A stretch of DNA of 54,497 bases from a virus (taxonomy: Duplodnaviria; Caudoviricetes): positions 1 to 54,497 of IMG/VR virus record IMGVR_UViG_3300046171_000026; one strand, given 5' to 3'. The notes beneath the pieces are model-generated. The model made no database searches. It was not told where the DNA came from and was given only the letters and a program-made list of their open reading frames with translations. Within the stretch, counting starts at the first letter, position 1. Every line of letters begins with the position of its first letter. The position numbers and the translations under genes were made by a program. Positions 8,686-18,350 of the stretch are shown in pieces.

Positions 8686-9633
8686 ATGGAAGAAGAAAAA
8701 AAAGTAACTGAAGTTTCAAATGAAACAGAAGTTAAAAAAGATGATAAACTATTTAAGAAGCCTGAAGGCAAAGCTATGTATCAAAAGCAAAGAGATGACG
8801 CTGATGATGCAGAAGTTGAAGCATTCGCAAAAGGTGAATTAGGTAAATATCATCAAGAGAAAGCAGACACAGCAACCGTTCAAGAGGACACTGAAACATC
8901 TGAAGAAATTGCAAGCTCCGATGGCGAAGCTACTCCTTCAACTGAACGCCCTGAAAATGCAGAAGATCGTGTTTTTAAAAAACGTTATGACGATTTGAAG
9001 AAACACTATGATTCTACTTTATCAAAGCACAAAGATGAGGTTAGAACTTTAAGAACGCAATTGGAAACATCTACAAAAGAGTTTGTTCCACCTAAGTCTA
9101 AAGATGAACTTGAGGCTTGGAGAAAAGAGTATCCTGATGTTTATGATATGGTTGAAACCATAGCTATGACAAAAGCTGATACTAGAGCAAAAGAGATTGA
9201 GGAGAAATACCAAAATCTACAAGCTCAACAGGAACAGATAAGCAAAGAAAAAGCTGAAGTAGAATTGTTAAAGATGCATCCTGACTTTAGTGAGATTCGT
9301 CAAAAAGATGAGTTTCATCAATGGGCTAGTAAACAAGATCCAGTTATTCAAAGTTGGTTGTATGAAAATACATCTAATGCACAACTAGCTGGAAGAGCTA
9401 TTGACCTTTATAAAATGGACAATGGTACTAGTAAATTAACTAAAAAACAGGAAACATCTATTAAAAAAGAAGCAGCTAAAGCTGTGACTAAAACTACTAA
9501 AGCAACAGAGACAGAAATTCCTACAAAGAAAATCTGGTCTAACTCTGAAATTGCTAGAATGAATCCAAGAACGTTTGCGAAGTACGAAGCCGAAATTGAT
9601 GAAGCTATTAGAGAAGGTAGAGTCCAACCTTAA
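8686..9633 (+). CDS. Capsid scaffolding protein
   Basis: Acidic coiled-coil directly upstream of the capsid gene; FKKRYDDLKKHY motif and C-terminal EIDEAIREGRV. Confidence 0.82.
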   Translation: MEEEKKVTEVSNETEVKKDDKLFKKPEGKAMYQKQRDDADDAEVEAFAKGELGKYHQEKADTATVQEDTETSEEIASSDGEATPSTERPENAEDRVFKKRYDDLKKHYDSTLSKHKDEVRTLRTQLETSTKEFVPPKSKDELEAWRKEYPDVYDMVETIAMTKADTRAKEIEEKYQNLQAQQEQISKEKAEVELLKMHPDFSEIRQKDEFHQWASKQDPVIQSWLYENTSNAQLAGRAIDLYKMDNGTSKLTKKQETSIKKEAAKAVTKTTKATETEIPTKKIWSNSEIARMNPRTFAKYEAEIDEAIREGRVQP

Positions 9634-9664
9634 TAATAACAACTATAAACAATAGGCAATCATT

Positions 9665-10606
9665 ATGGCAACAATGGGAAAAGCAGCGGGATACCAAAAC
9701 TTACCTTCAGGTAATTGGGCTCCAGCGATTTATAGTCAGAAGGTTCAAAAGTTTTTCAGACGTGCATCAGTTGTAGAAGATATTACTAACACTGATTACG
9801 CTGGAGAAATTGAAAATTTTGGCGACACAGTAAACATAATCAAAGAGCCTTCAATTACAGTGAATGACTACGCTAGAGGTCAAACAGTAAACACAGAAAC
9901 ACTTGCAGACGATCAAATTCAATTGACTGTCGACCAAGGTTCGTACTTTGCGTTTAAAGTAGATGACATCGAAGAAAGACAATCACATGTAAACTTTGAA
10001 GCTCTTGCAACTTCTTCAGGTGCTTACGCACTTAAAAAGAACTACGACTACAATGTATTAAAAGCGATCTATGACGGTGCGTCTACATCAGCTGCTAATA
10101 CAGGAACTGACGGTTCACCAATTGATGGTGATGCAGCAGCAGATACTTTAGTAGATGTTATGTCAGCAGCAAAAACAGTTCTTGACAGTACAGATGTACC
10201 AGAAGAAAACAGATGGTTCGTAGCTCCACCAGCTTTCTATCAACAAATTAGAAAAGCAGGTGCGAAAATTATGGATCAATCTGTAATGAATGATGGTTCA
10301 GCATCATCTATGAGAAATGGTATGATTACAGACAGACCTTTATTTGGTTTTAGAATGTACTCTACTAATGCCATAGCTGTATCAAGCGGATCAGCGGCAA
10401 ATAAAACTTTTGGATCAGCAGGTTCTAATGAATATGCTTTCCTTTATGGTCATCAGTCAGCGGTAGCTACTGCAAACCATATTGCGAAAACAGAACTTAT
10501 CAGAGACCCTGATTCATTTTCAGACATCGTTAGAGGTCTGCACGTTTTTGGAAGAAAAATTCTAAGAACTGAAGCAGTATACTCAGGTGTTATAACAATA
10601 GGTTAA
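9665..10606 (+). CDS. Major capsid protein (HK97 fold)
   Basis: P.IYS.K, GEI...GDTV.I, VP.ENRW, D.VRGLHVFG.K motifs; codon usage looks like a highly expressed gene. Confidence 0.92.
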   Translation: MATMGKAAGYQNLPSGNWAPAIYSQKVQKFFRRASVVEDITNTDYAGEIENFGDTVNIIKEPSITVNDYARGQTVNTETLADDQIQLTVDQGSYFAFKVDDIEERQSHVNFEALATSSGAYALKKNYDYNVLKAIYDGASTSAANTGTDGSPIDGDAAADTLVDVMSAAKTVLDSTDVPEENRWFVAPPAFYQQIRKAGAKIMDQSVMNDGSASSMRNGMITDRPLFGFRMYSTNAIAVSSGSAANKTFGSAGSNEYAFLYGHQSAVATANHIAKTELIRDPDSFSDIVRGLHVFGRKILRTEAVYSGVITIG

Positions 10607-10626
10607 TTAGAGGGAGATAGATAGAT

Positions 10627-11091
10627 ATGGCAACTTATGACGTAACAGGCGTAGGTGGAACTACTGGACACCCGTCTAATGGTAGAACACCTTACTTAGT
10701 AGAAAACACTATTGACGTATCAGCGGTTAATGGAGATTCTGGAGCAGCACAAAATGATGTTCTTAGAGTTCTTGACATCCCTGCTGAAACTTTAGTTATG
10801 GAAGCTGGAATTGAAGTGCTTACTGCACTTTCTTCTTCAGTTACTTTAGACTTAGGTATCACAGGTGGTGACGTTGACATTTATGTTGATGGTGACACAA
10901 ATGCTACAGGATACTCAGCACCTACAGCTACAGCAAGACACGTAGCTGCATCAGCTGATACTCTTGATGTATTGGTATTAAGTGCAGCAGCAGCAGCTGG
11001 TAAAATCAGAGTGTGGGCTGTAATGTGTGATATATCAGGTGTTAGTGAAACTGATAATAATACAGATTCACAACACGATACAGCAGTATAA
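10627..11091 (+). CDS. Putative capsid decoration/cement protein
   Basis: 154-aa beta-rich protein immediately after the MCP with a strong RBS (GGGAG). Confidence 0.6.
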   Translation: MATYDVTGVGGTTGHPSNGRTPYLVENTIDVSAVNGDSGAAQNDVLRVLDIPAETLVMEAGIEVLTALSSSVTLDLGITGGDVDIYVDGDTNATGYSAPTATARHVAASADTLDVLVLSAAAAAGKIRVWAVMCDISGVSETDNNTDSQHDTAV

Positions 11092-11103
11092 TACTTATAA
11101 TTT

Positions 11104-11129
11104 TAAGGGGGGTATTTATATCCCCCTTA
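11104..11129 (+). terminator. Hairpin after the head genes (probable terminator)
   Basis: TAAGGGGG...CCCCCTTA stem; weak U-tract. Confidence 0.55.
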
Positions 11130-11161
11130 TTAAAACCCTTTCATAACTAATAGGATAAACA

Positions 11162-11356
11162 ATGGCTACATACGACTTAACAAAAAAACAATATGGAGTA
11201 TCTGGACAATCAAAAGTTATTCTAGGTAATACTAATAATGAAAGTGGTTGGAAAAGATTACAAAATTTAGAAAATAAAGTTGCAGAACAATCTGATAAAC
11301 TAGATCAGATTACTGCACTACTCAATGAAATATCAAAAAAGACATCAGCTTCTTGA
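11162..11356 (+). CDS. Small coiled-coil protein
   Basis: RBS AGGA; heptad pattern; N-terminal MATYD shared with 10627-11091. Confidence 0.7.
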   Translation: MATYDLTKKQYGVSGQSKVILGNTNNESGWKRLQNLENKVAEQSDKLDQITALLNEISKKTSAS

Positions 11357-11507
11357 GATAATATCTGAGTACAAATCTGACAAGTCTGCATTAACAAAAC
11401 AGATTGATGATTTGAAGAGACAATTAAATGAAGCAGAATCTCGTATCAAAAGATTATTAATTAGATGCGAACAGTTTGCTGAAGACAATAACAAAACAGA
11501 GGAATAG
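11325..11507 (+). CDS. Small coiled-coil protein
   Basis: Heptad-rich ORF overlapping its neighbours. Confidence 0.55.
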   Translation: MKYQKRHQLLEIISEYKSDKSALTKQIDDLKRQLNEAESRIKRLLIRCEQFAEDNNKTEE

Positions 11508-11511
11508 TTAT

Positions 11512-11664
11512 ATGACATTAAAAGATAGTAAGACTAAAAAATTGTATACTAATGTAGTTAGACAAATAGGACAAAAAGCTGGACAGACATTTAGTGTTGA
11601 AAAACTATTAAATAAAAAAGCTAAAATAATTACATTAGATCCAAATAAAAAAAAGAATAAATAA
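11512..11664 (+). CDS. Small basic hypothetical protein
   Basis: GAGG RBS before ATG at 11512 (MTLKDSK...); TAATG coupling to the next gene. Confidence 0.5.
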   Translation: MTLKDSKTKKLYTNVVRQIGQKAGQTFSVEKLLNKKAKIITLDPNKKKNK

Positions 11665-12758
11665 TGGCTACAACTTACTTAGTATTATCCAACAGAGTAC
11701 TTAGAGAATTAAATGAAGTTGAAATGACTTCATCTAATTTTTCTAGCAGCAGAGGTATTCAAACTGCTGTTAAGGATTTTGTTAATAAATCTATTCATGA
11801 TATTTATAATGAAGGTGCAGAGTTACCTTTATTACACACATCAACGACTCAAGCTACTTTTCCTGGTGATGGAGAATATGCATTTCCAACAGATATGCGT
11901 AGAGTAGACTTCGAGTCGTTTTTTTTAAAGCCAAATGAATTAATTACTAATGGTGAGTTTGAATCTAATATAACTAGTTGGACTACAGGAGATGGATCAC
12001 CATCTTATACTTCAAGTGGTAATGGTAGATTAAACTTAAATGATGCAGCAGCATATCAAGCTATATCAACTATAGTAAATAAAAATTATAAACTACAAGT
12101 TAGAGTTTTAAGTCCAAACAGTTCTACAAGTGGACTGATTGTTAGAGTTGGAACATCTGCAGGTGGAACACAAAATTTAAATACAACACAAGCTGTAACT
12201 AATTTTAGAGAAGGTGCTATACTAGATACTACATTTACAGCTACAGCACAAACATCTTATGTGTATGTAGAATCAGATGGTGTACAATTAGATGTAGATT
12301 ATGTTAGAGTATCAAGAGCAGACGTAACTACAAGAAAAATAAGATATATATCTTATGATGATTACTTACAAAGATTTAAAGAACAAGACGATAGAAATAG
12401 CAGTGGACATCATGGTATGCCACAATATGTATATAGAAAACCAGACTATAGTTCATTTGGTTTAACTCCTATACCTGATAAAAATGATTATTTAATTAGT
12501 TATGATTACTATACAACACACACAGACTTATCAGCACATGGAGATACGATGGCATTGCCAGATAGATTTTCACCATTGATTGTAGATAGATCTAAATACT
12601 ATGTATATATGTTAAGATCTGATCCAGATCATGCTAATTTATCAAATAGAGATTATCAAAGAAAACTAAATTTATTAAAAACTGATTATGCTTCTAGAGC
12701 TGATTATATGAGAGATACTAGAATATCATCAGGTAACTCGAGATTAGCAATAGTATAA
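11664..12758 (+). CDS. Head-tail adaptor / tail tubular protein A-like, with inserted carbohydrate-binding-like domain
   Basis: N-terminal TYL.L.NRVLRELNEV helix, G.P.Y and P.PD..Y motifs; central LITNGEFE....W signature. Confidence 0.7.
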   Translation: MATTYLVLSNRVLRELNEVEMTSSNFSSSRGIQTAVKDFVNKSIHDIYNEGAELPLLHTSTTQATFPGDGEYAFPTDMRRVDFESFFLKPNELITNGEFESNITSWTTGDGSPSYTSSGNGRLNLNDAAAYQAISTIVNKNYKLQVRVLSPNSSTSGLIVRVGTSAGGTQNLNTTQAVTNFREGAILDTTFTATAQTSYVYVESDGVQLDVDYVRVSRADVTTRKIRYISYDDYLQRFKEQDDRNSSGHHGMPQYVYRKPDYSSFGLTPIPDKNDYLISYDYYTTHTDLSAHGDTMALPDRFSPLIVDRSKYYVYMLRSDPDHANLSNRDYQRKLNLLKTDYASRADYMRDTRISSGNSRLAIV

Positions 12759-12759
12759 T

Positions 12760-14304
12760 ATGCCAGATACTTCTTTATTAAAACCATACAATGCAACATG
12801 TGGTGGTGGCTTAGTATTAAACAAAGATGTTTATGATATGGCTCCAGGTGAAGCATTACAATTAGTAAACTTTGAACCATCTACAGAAGGTGGATACAGA
12901 AGATTAAATGGTACTACTAAATACAATTCTACAATAGTGCCTCAAGTATCTTCTAGTACAGAAAGAGTACAAATGTCTGCAATATTTAATGATAAAATAA
13001 TTGCAGCTAGAGGTGGTACTGTAGTATATGGTGATACAAGTGGATCATGGACATCTCTTGCAACTAGTAAAGGTACTACACATACTTATGATTTTGATAA
13101 ATTTAATTTTAATGGTACAAGTAAAATTATAATAGCAACAGGAGAAGCTGCAGCATTTACAGTAGATTCAAGTTTTAATGTAGATGTAATAAATGCAACA
13201 GGTGGTGGTACTGCACCTACTAATCCTAAGTTTGTTAAGACATTTGCTAATCATGTATTTTATGGTGGTATGTCTAACTCTACTCATAGTATATTATTCT
13301 CTGTACCTTTTTCAGAAGATAACTTTACATCAGCAAGTGGTGCAGGTGAGATTAAAGTTGGTGATATTGTTACAGGACTAAAAGTATTTAGGGATGAACT
13401 ATTTATATTTTGTCAAAGAAAAATTTATAAACTTACTGGTACTACATCTAGTAATTTTGCATTAGCTGAAGTAGCTAAAAATGTTGGTACAATTGCACAT
13501 CACTCTATTCAGGAATTAGGTGGTGACCTTATATTTCTTGCAGCTGATGGTTTAAGAACTGTTGCAGGTACAGAAAGAATTGGTGACGTTGAACTTGGTA
13601 CTATCTCAAAACAAGTACAAGAAAGAATTAATGAAATTGAATATGATAATGTTACAGCAACTGTAGTTAGAAATAAATCTCAATACAGATTATTTTATCC
13701 TAAAACTACAGGTGTAGAAGCTAGCTCAAAAGGATTATTAGCTGTTATTAAAACAAATCCAAATACAGGACAATTAGGATTTGAGTATGCAGATATAAAA
13801 GGTTTAAAAGTTTCAAGTTGTGATTCTGATTATATTAGTAATGTAGAAACAATTGTTCATGGTGGATATGATGGATATATTTACAAACAAGAATCAGGAA
13901 ATGTATTTACAACAGCAAGTTCAACTAGTGCTATTGATGCTACATACAGATCTCCAGACATGACAATGGGAGATGCAGGTATTAGAAAATCAATGGATAG
14001 AGTTAATATAAACTGGGAACCAGAAGGTATTGTTAGTTCTAGTTTATTTGTAAGATATAATTATGATGATATAAATACTCCTCAACCAAGTGTTATTACT
14101 TTAGCATCTTCTGGAAGTGGGGCATATTATGGAATCGGGACATTTGGTACAGCAGCATATGGTCAAGGAGATCTTCCTATTACAAGAGAATCAGTAGAAG
14201 GATCAGGTTTTGCTGTAGCATTAAAAATAACAGATACAAGTACAAATGCACCTTTTGCAATAAAAGGATTTCAATTAGAATTTACACCAGGAGGAAGAAG
14301 GTAA
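12760..14304 (+). CDS. Tail nozzle / tail tubular protein B-like
   Basis: 514-aa protein with beta-propeller-like character after the adaptor; GGL, NFEP..GGY.R, FLAADGLR motifs. Confidence 0.75.
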   Translation: MPDTSLLKPYNATCGGGLVLNKDVYDMAPGEALQLVNFEPSTEGGYRRLNGTTKYNSTIVPQVSSSTERVQMSAIFNDKIIAARGGTVVYGDTSGSWTSLATSKGTTHTYDFDKFNFNGTSKIIIATGEAAAFTVDSSFNVDVINATGGGTAPTNPKFVKTFANHVFYGGMSNSTHSILFSVPFSEDNFTSASGAGEIKVGDIVTGLKVFRDELFIFCQRKIYKLTGTTSSNFALAEVAKNVGTIAHHSIQELGGDLIFLAADGLRTVAGTERIGDVELGTISKQVQERINEIEYDNVTATVVRNKSQYRLFYPKTTGVEASSKGLLAVIKTNPNTGQLGFEYADIKGLKVSSCDSDYISNVETIVHGGYDGYIYKQESGNVFTTASSTSAIDATYRSPDMTMGDAGIRKSMDRVNINWEPEGIVSSSLFVRYNYDDINTPQPSVITLASSGSGAYYGIGTFGTAAYGQGDLPITRESVEGSGFAVALKITDTSTNAPFAIKGFQLEFTPGGRR

Positions 14305-16095
14305 ATGGGAGCAACATACACACGACAAAGTTCATCAGCTATTGTTGATGGTGCAGTCATTGAAGCGTCAGATATAAATGCAGAATTTGATCAAATTCTT
14401 GCAGCATTCGCTGTAACTTCAGGGCACACTCACGATGGCACAACAGCAGAAGGTGGACCAATTACAAAATTATTAGGCACTGCAATCACTATTGGTGATG
14501 GTACTGCAGGGACAGATATTGCTGTAACTTTTGATGGAGAGACAGGTGATGGTGTTCTTACATGGATGGAAGATGAAGACTACTTTCAATTCTCAGATGA
14601 TTTATTATTAACAACTACAGAAAAATTACAGTTTAGAGATACTGCAATATATATTAATTCATCAGCAGATGGCCAATTAGATTTAGTTGCAGATACAGAA
14701 ATACAAATAGCAGCTACTACAATAGACATTAATGGTGCTGTTGCTTTAAATGGTGCTATTACAGGTGCTACTAATATAACTCTTTCAGGTGAATTAGATG
14801 CTGCAACATTAGATATCTCAGGTGATGCTGATATAGATGGGACATTAGAAACTGATGCTTTATCTATAAATGGTACAACAGTTACTTCAACAGCAACAGA
14901 ATTAAATTTAGTTGATGGTATTACAGCAGGAACTGTAAGTGCATCTAAAGCAGTAATAGTAGATTCTAATAAAGATTTAACTGGACTTAGAAATTTAACT
15001 ATATCAGGAGATCTTACAGTATCTGGTGATGATATTACTATGGGTACAAATACTGCAGGTAATATTTTAGTTGCAGATGGTACAAACTTTAATTCAGTTG
15101 CAGTAGGTGGTTTATCAGAAATATCTACAGTTGCTAATGATGATGTATTCTTAGCGGTTGATACTTCAGGTGGTGGACTTAAAAAAATTACAAGATCAGC
15201 AGTTGTATCAGGACTTGCTACATCAAGTGCTATATCAAATGTATCAGAAGATAGCACACCTCAATTAGGTGGTAATCTTGATTTAAATGGTTCAGATATT
15301 GTAACCACTTCAAATGCAGATTTAGAATTAGCACCAAATGGTACAGGTCATGTTACTGTTAAAGGTAATACAAATGCAGGTGCTATACAATTTAATTGTG
15401 AATCTAATTCACATGGACAGATATTAAAATCCCAACCACATTCTGCAGGTGTTACAAATGTTATGTTATTGCCTGCTGGTGCTGATTCAACTTTAGTATC
15501 TTTGGTATCTACAGATACTTTAACAAACAAAACTTTAACATCGCCTAAAATAAATGAGAATGTAGTAGTAACTTCTACTGCAACAGAATTAAATTTATTA
15601 GATGGTATTACTGCTGGTACAGTATCAGCTTCATTAGCAGTTATAGCTGATTCAAATAAAGATATATCAGGATTTAGAAATGTAACTTTAACAGGTGAAT
15701 TAGATGCAGGATCACTAGATATTAGTGGAGATGCAGATATTGATGGTACATTAGAAGCAGATGCTATTACAATTAATGGTACAACTTTAGCAGAAACTAT
15801 ATCAGATACTGTTGGAGCAATGGTAGGATCAAATACTGAGACTGGTATTGCTGTAACTTATGATGATTCAGATAATACATTAGATTTTGTAATATCAGCT
15901 TTACCATTAAGTAGTATAGATATAGATGGTGGTACAGATATAGGTGCAGATTTAACAACATCAGATTTAATTGTAGTAGATGATGGTGCTGGTGGAACTA
16001 ATAGAAAAGCTGCTTTATCTAGAGTAGTAACTTTAATGACAGCTCAAGGATTTAGTACAGATGATCCTACAGCTCTAGCCATCGCACTTGGATAA
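14305..16095 (+). CDS. Tail fibre protein (proximal) with internal repeats
   Basis: N-terminal YTRQ...INAEFD...GHTHDG anchor; repeated LSGELDA..LDISGDADIDGTLE and TATELN..DGITAGTVSAS blocks. Confidence 0.8.
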   Translation: MGATYTRQSSSAIVDGAVIEASDINAEFDQILAAFAVTSGHTHDGTTAEGGPITKLLGTAITIGDGTAGTDIAVTFDGETGDGVLTWMEDEDYFQFSDDLLLTTTEKLQFRDTAIYINSSADGQLDLVADTEIQIAATTIDINGAVALNGAITGATNITLSGELDAATLDISGDADIDGTLETDALSINGTTVTSTATELNLVDGITAGTVSASKAVIVDSNKDLTGLRNLTISGDLTVSGDDITMGTNTAGNILVADGTNFNSVAVGGLSEISTVANDDVFLAVDTSGGGLKKITRSAVVSGLATSSAISNVSEDSTPQLGGNLDLNGSDIVTTSNADLELAPNGTGHVTVKGNTNAGAIQFNCESNSHGQILKSQPHSAGVTNVMLLPAGADSTLVSLVSTDTLTNKTLTSPKINENVVVTSTATELNLLDGITAGTVSASLAVIADSNKDISGFRNVTLTGELDAGSLDISGDADIDGTLEADAITINGTTLAETISDTVGAMVGSNTETGIAVTYDDSDNTLDFVISALPLSSIDIDGGTDIGADLTTSDLIVVDDGAGGTNRKAALSRVVTLMTAQGFSTDDPTALAIALG

Positions 16096-16102
16096 ATAAT
16101 CA

Positions 16103-16131
16103 TTGACTTTTTTAAAAAATAACAGTATAAT
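16103..16131 (+). promoter_or_regulatory. Internal sigma70-type promoter for the fibre cassette
   Basis: TTGACT-17 nt-TATAAT, then AGGAG RBS before 16158. Confidence 0.8.
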
Positions 16132-16157
16132 AGTATAAAGTAAATAGGAGAAAATAA

Positions 16158-16523
16158 ATGGCAAACACGTTTAAGGTAGTAAATTTCGCAGCAGAACCTG
16201 CTAGTGCTGGCACTGCATACACCATGTATACGGTGGCAGGGTCAACTACAACAGTTGTTCTGGGCTTAATACTTACTAACATCCATACTACTGCAGTTAC
16301 TGCAGAGGTAGAGCTTCATAGTGATACAGCAAATCGTGCTGTAGCTAATAATACTGCAAATGGAATATCTATTCTTGCAAAAGATGTAAGTATTCCAGCA
16401 GGTACATCACTTGAGCTTTTATCTGGAGGAAAGATTGTTATGGAAGCAACCGATGTATTAAAAATCGATTGTTCTGTAGCAGATAAGCTTTCAGGTACGT
16501 TAAGCATAATGGAGATCACATAA
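16158..16523 (+). CDS. Small tail-associated beta-sandwich protein
   Basis: MANTFK... 121 aa; follows the fibre gene. Confidence 0.7.
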   Translation: MANTFKVVNFAAEPASAGTAYTMYTVAGSTTTVVLGLILTNIHTTAVTAEVELHSDTANRAVANNTANGISILAKDVSIPAGTSLELLSGGKIVMEATDVLKIDCSVADKLSGTLSIMEIT

Positions 16524-16524
16524 G

Positions 16525-17373
16525 ATGGCCTATATTGGTATTCAACCTGCAGAGAAGTTTACTTCATTCGCTACTCAAGAATTTTCTACGAGTGCTACGA
16601 CCTCCTATACTCTAGATCACGCTGTAGCTAATGAAAATGAAATAGCTTTATTTGTAAATAACGTAAGACAGCAACCTGGATCTGGTAAAGCATATACTGC
16701 TACGGGCACAGCTTTGACGCTATCTGCGGCTACGGCTTCGACAGATACTATGTACTGTGTGTTTCTAGGAAGAGCGTTACAAACTGTTGTACCTGCAACT
16801 AATAGTATTACAGCTGCTATGGTTGGTAATGATTTAATATCTGGTAAAGATGCATTAGCTGCTGCACCAGCAGATACGGATGAATTACTACTTTCAGATG
16901 CGGGAACTTTAAAAAGAATAGATTATTCTCATGTTAAAAGTATTAAACAAATTGTTAATGGAAATTTTGGAACTGAACAAAATATATCAAACACCAGTTA
17001 TGCTGATAGTGCTATAACTCTTAATATAACTCCATTATCAACTTCGCATAAAGTGTTGGTTATAGTTGCACCTAATACTGATGGTTATGTAAATATAAGC
17101 GATCATAGACAATTTTATTTAAGATTAAATAGAGGTTCAACTGTATTAATGTATAAACAAATTCAAATAGGTGCTGTTAAAAATCCTACTAATGATTATG
17201 TGTATGGTTCTATTGATGGAACTATGGTTTATCTTGATAGCCCATCAAGCACAAGTCAACTTACATATACAGTAGCAGCCAAAGTTAGTGATACAAATAA
17301 TAATTGTAACGTAAGATTTAATGGTACTAGTTCTGCTGGCCATAGTACAATGACTTTATTAGAGGTAGATTAA
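16525..17373 (+). CDS. Tail fibre / receptor-binding protein, cassette A
   Basis: MAYIG..P start, VN.V.Q.PG domain, APADTDELL.SDAGT.KRIDYS shared with 19678-20526, variable C-terminus. Confidence 0.7.
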   Translation: MAYIGIQPAEKFTSFATQEFSTSATTSYTLDHAVANENEIALFVNNVRQQPGSGKAYTATGTALTLSAATASTDTMYCVFLGRALQTVVPATNSITAAMVGNDLISGKDALAAAPADTDELLLSDAGTLKRIDYSHVKSIKQIVNGNFGTEQNISNTSYADSAITLNITPLSTSHKVLVIVAPNTDGYVNISDHRQFYLRLNRGSTVLMYKQIQIGAVKNPTNDYVYGSIDGTMVYLDSPSSTSQLTYTVAAKVSDTNNNCNVRFNGTSSAGHSTMTLLEVD

Positions 17374-17669
17374 TGATAAATGTAACTGAAGCAATAAAAG
17401 CAATAAATTCAAATGCTAAATATTCAATAACAGGAAGTGATATAGACACTTGCGAAATAGAATGGATTGATACAACAGCAATTTCTAAATCAGATATAAA
17501 AGCAAAAATGGCAGAATTAAAAACTGCTTATAATAATAATAAATATCAAAGAGATAGAGCAGCAGAGTACCCATCAATCGTAGATCAATTAGATAAAATA
17601 TATCATGATGGTATAGATGAATGGAAAAAAGTAATTAAAGTTACTAAAGATAAATATCCAAAGGAGTAA
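17373..17669 (+). CDS. Putative fibre chaperone/partner, cassette A
   Basis: Paralogue of 20526-20846 (AI.AINSNA, AY.NNKYQRDRA). Confidence 0.65.
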   Translation: MINVTEAIKAINSNAKYSITGSDIDTCEIEWIDTTAISKSDIKAKMAELKTAYNNNKYQRDRAAEYPSIVDQLDKIYHDGIDEWKKVIKVTKDKYPKE

Positions 17670-17672
17670 CCC

Positions 17673-18350
17673 ATGGCACTCTCTAAGGTCAACTTTAATA
17701 GTATGAATGTAACGCCTTCAGCAAGCAAGGCGATTAAGTTTAATTCAAGCAACAATGGTCTAGAGACAGGGGATATTAGTGGAAGTTTAGTTTTGATATC
17801 TACAACTACAGTATCATCTAGTTCATCAACAGTAAACATTACATCAGGTATAGATTCAACATATAAAGAATATATTATAAAAGCTATTAATATTCACCCA
17901 TCAGCTAATTCACAGTTTATGATACATTTTAGTGTAGATGGTGGTAGTAATTTTAATACAAATATGCAAACTACAGCTTTTCAATCTTATCATAAAGAAG
18001 ATGATAGCTCGACACAATTAAATTATAGAGCTGGAGATGACCTTACCAATGGCACTAATGGAGATGGTGATACAAGCACTTATGCATTTTTGTCTAATAC
18101 AATAGGGAATGATGCTAAAATGTGTGGAGAAAGTATTATACATTTGTTTGATCCCAGTTCTACAACTTTTGTAAAACATTTTATGGCAACAACACAAATA
18201 TATATGGATAGAGATACTCCTCAGTTAGCATCTGTTACTCAATATTATGCTGGATACGTTAATACAACAAGTGCAGTTAATGCTGTTTCTTTTAAAATGT
18301 TTGAGGGAACTATAGATTCAGGAACATTTAAACTATATGGGGTAGAATAA
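17673..18350 (+). CDS. Fibre-associated paralogue A1
   Basis: Shared family motifs DSTYKEY, PSSTTFVKHF, G.IDSGTFKLYG. Confidence 0.75.
   Translation: MALSKVNFNSMNVTPSASKAIKFNSSNNGLETGDISGSLVLISTTTVSSSSSTVNITSGIDSTYKEYIIKAINIHPSANSQFMIHFSVDGGSNFNTNMQTTAFQSYHKEDDSSTQLNYRAGDDLTNGTNGDGDTSTYAFLSNTIGNDAKMCGESIIHLFDPSSTTFVKHFMATTQIYMDRDTPQLASVTQYYAGYVNTTSAVNAVSFKMFEGTIDSGTFKLYGVE

Noticed and set aside
14586-15530. Long antisense ORFs (223 aa, 60 aa) in the tail fibre
   Set aside because: In-register antisense shadows of a repetitive gene; no RBS or protein-like features
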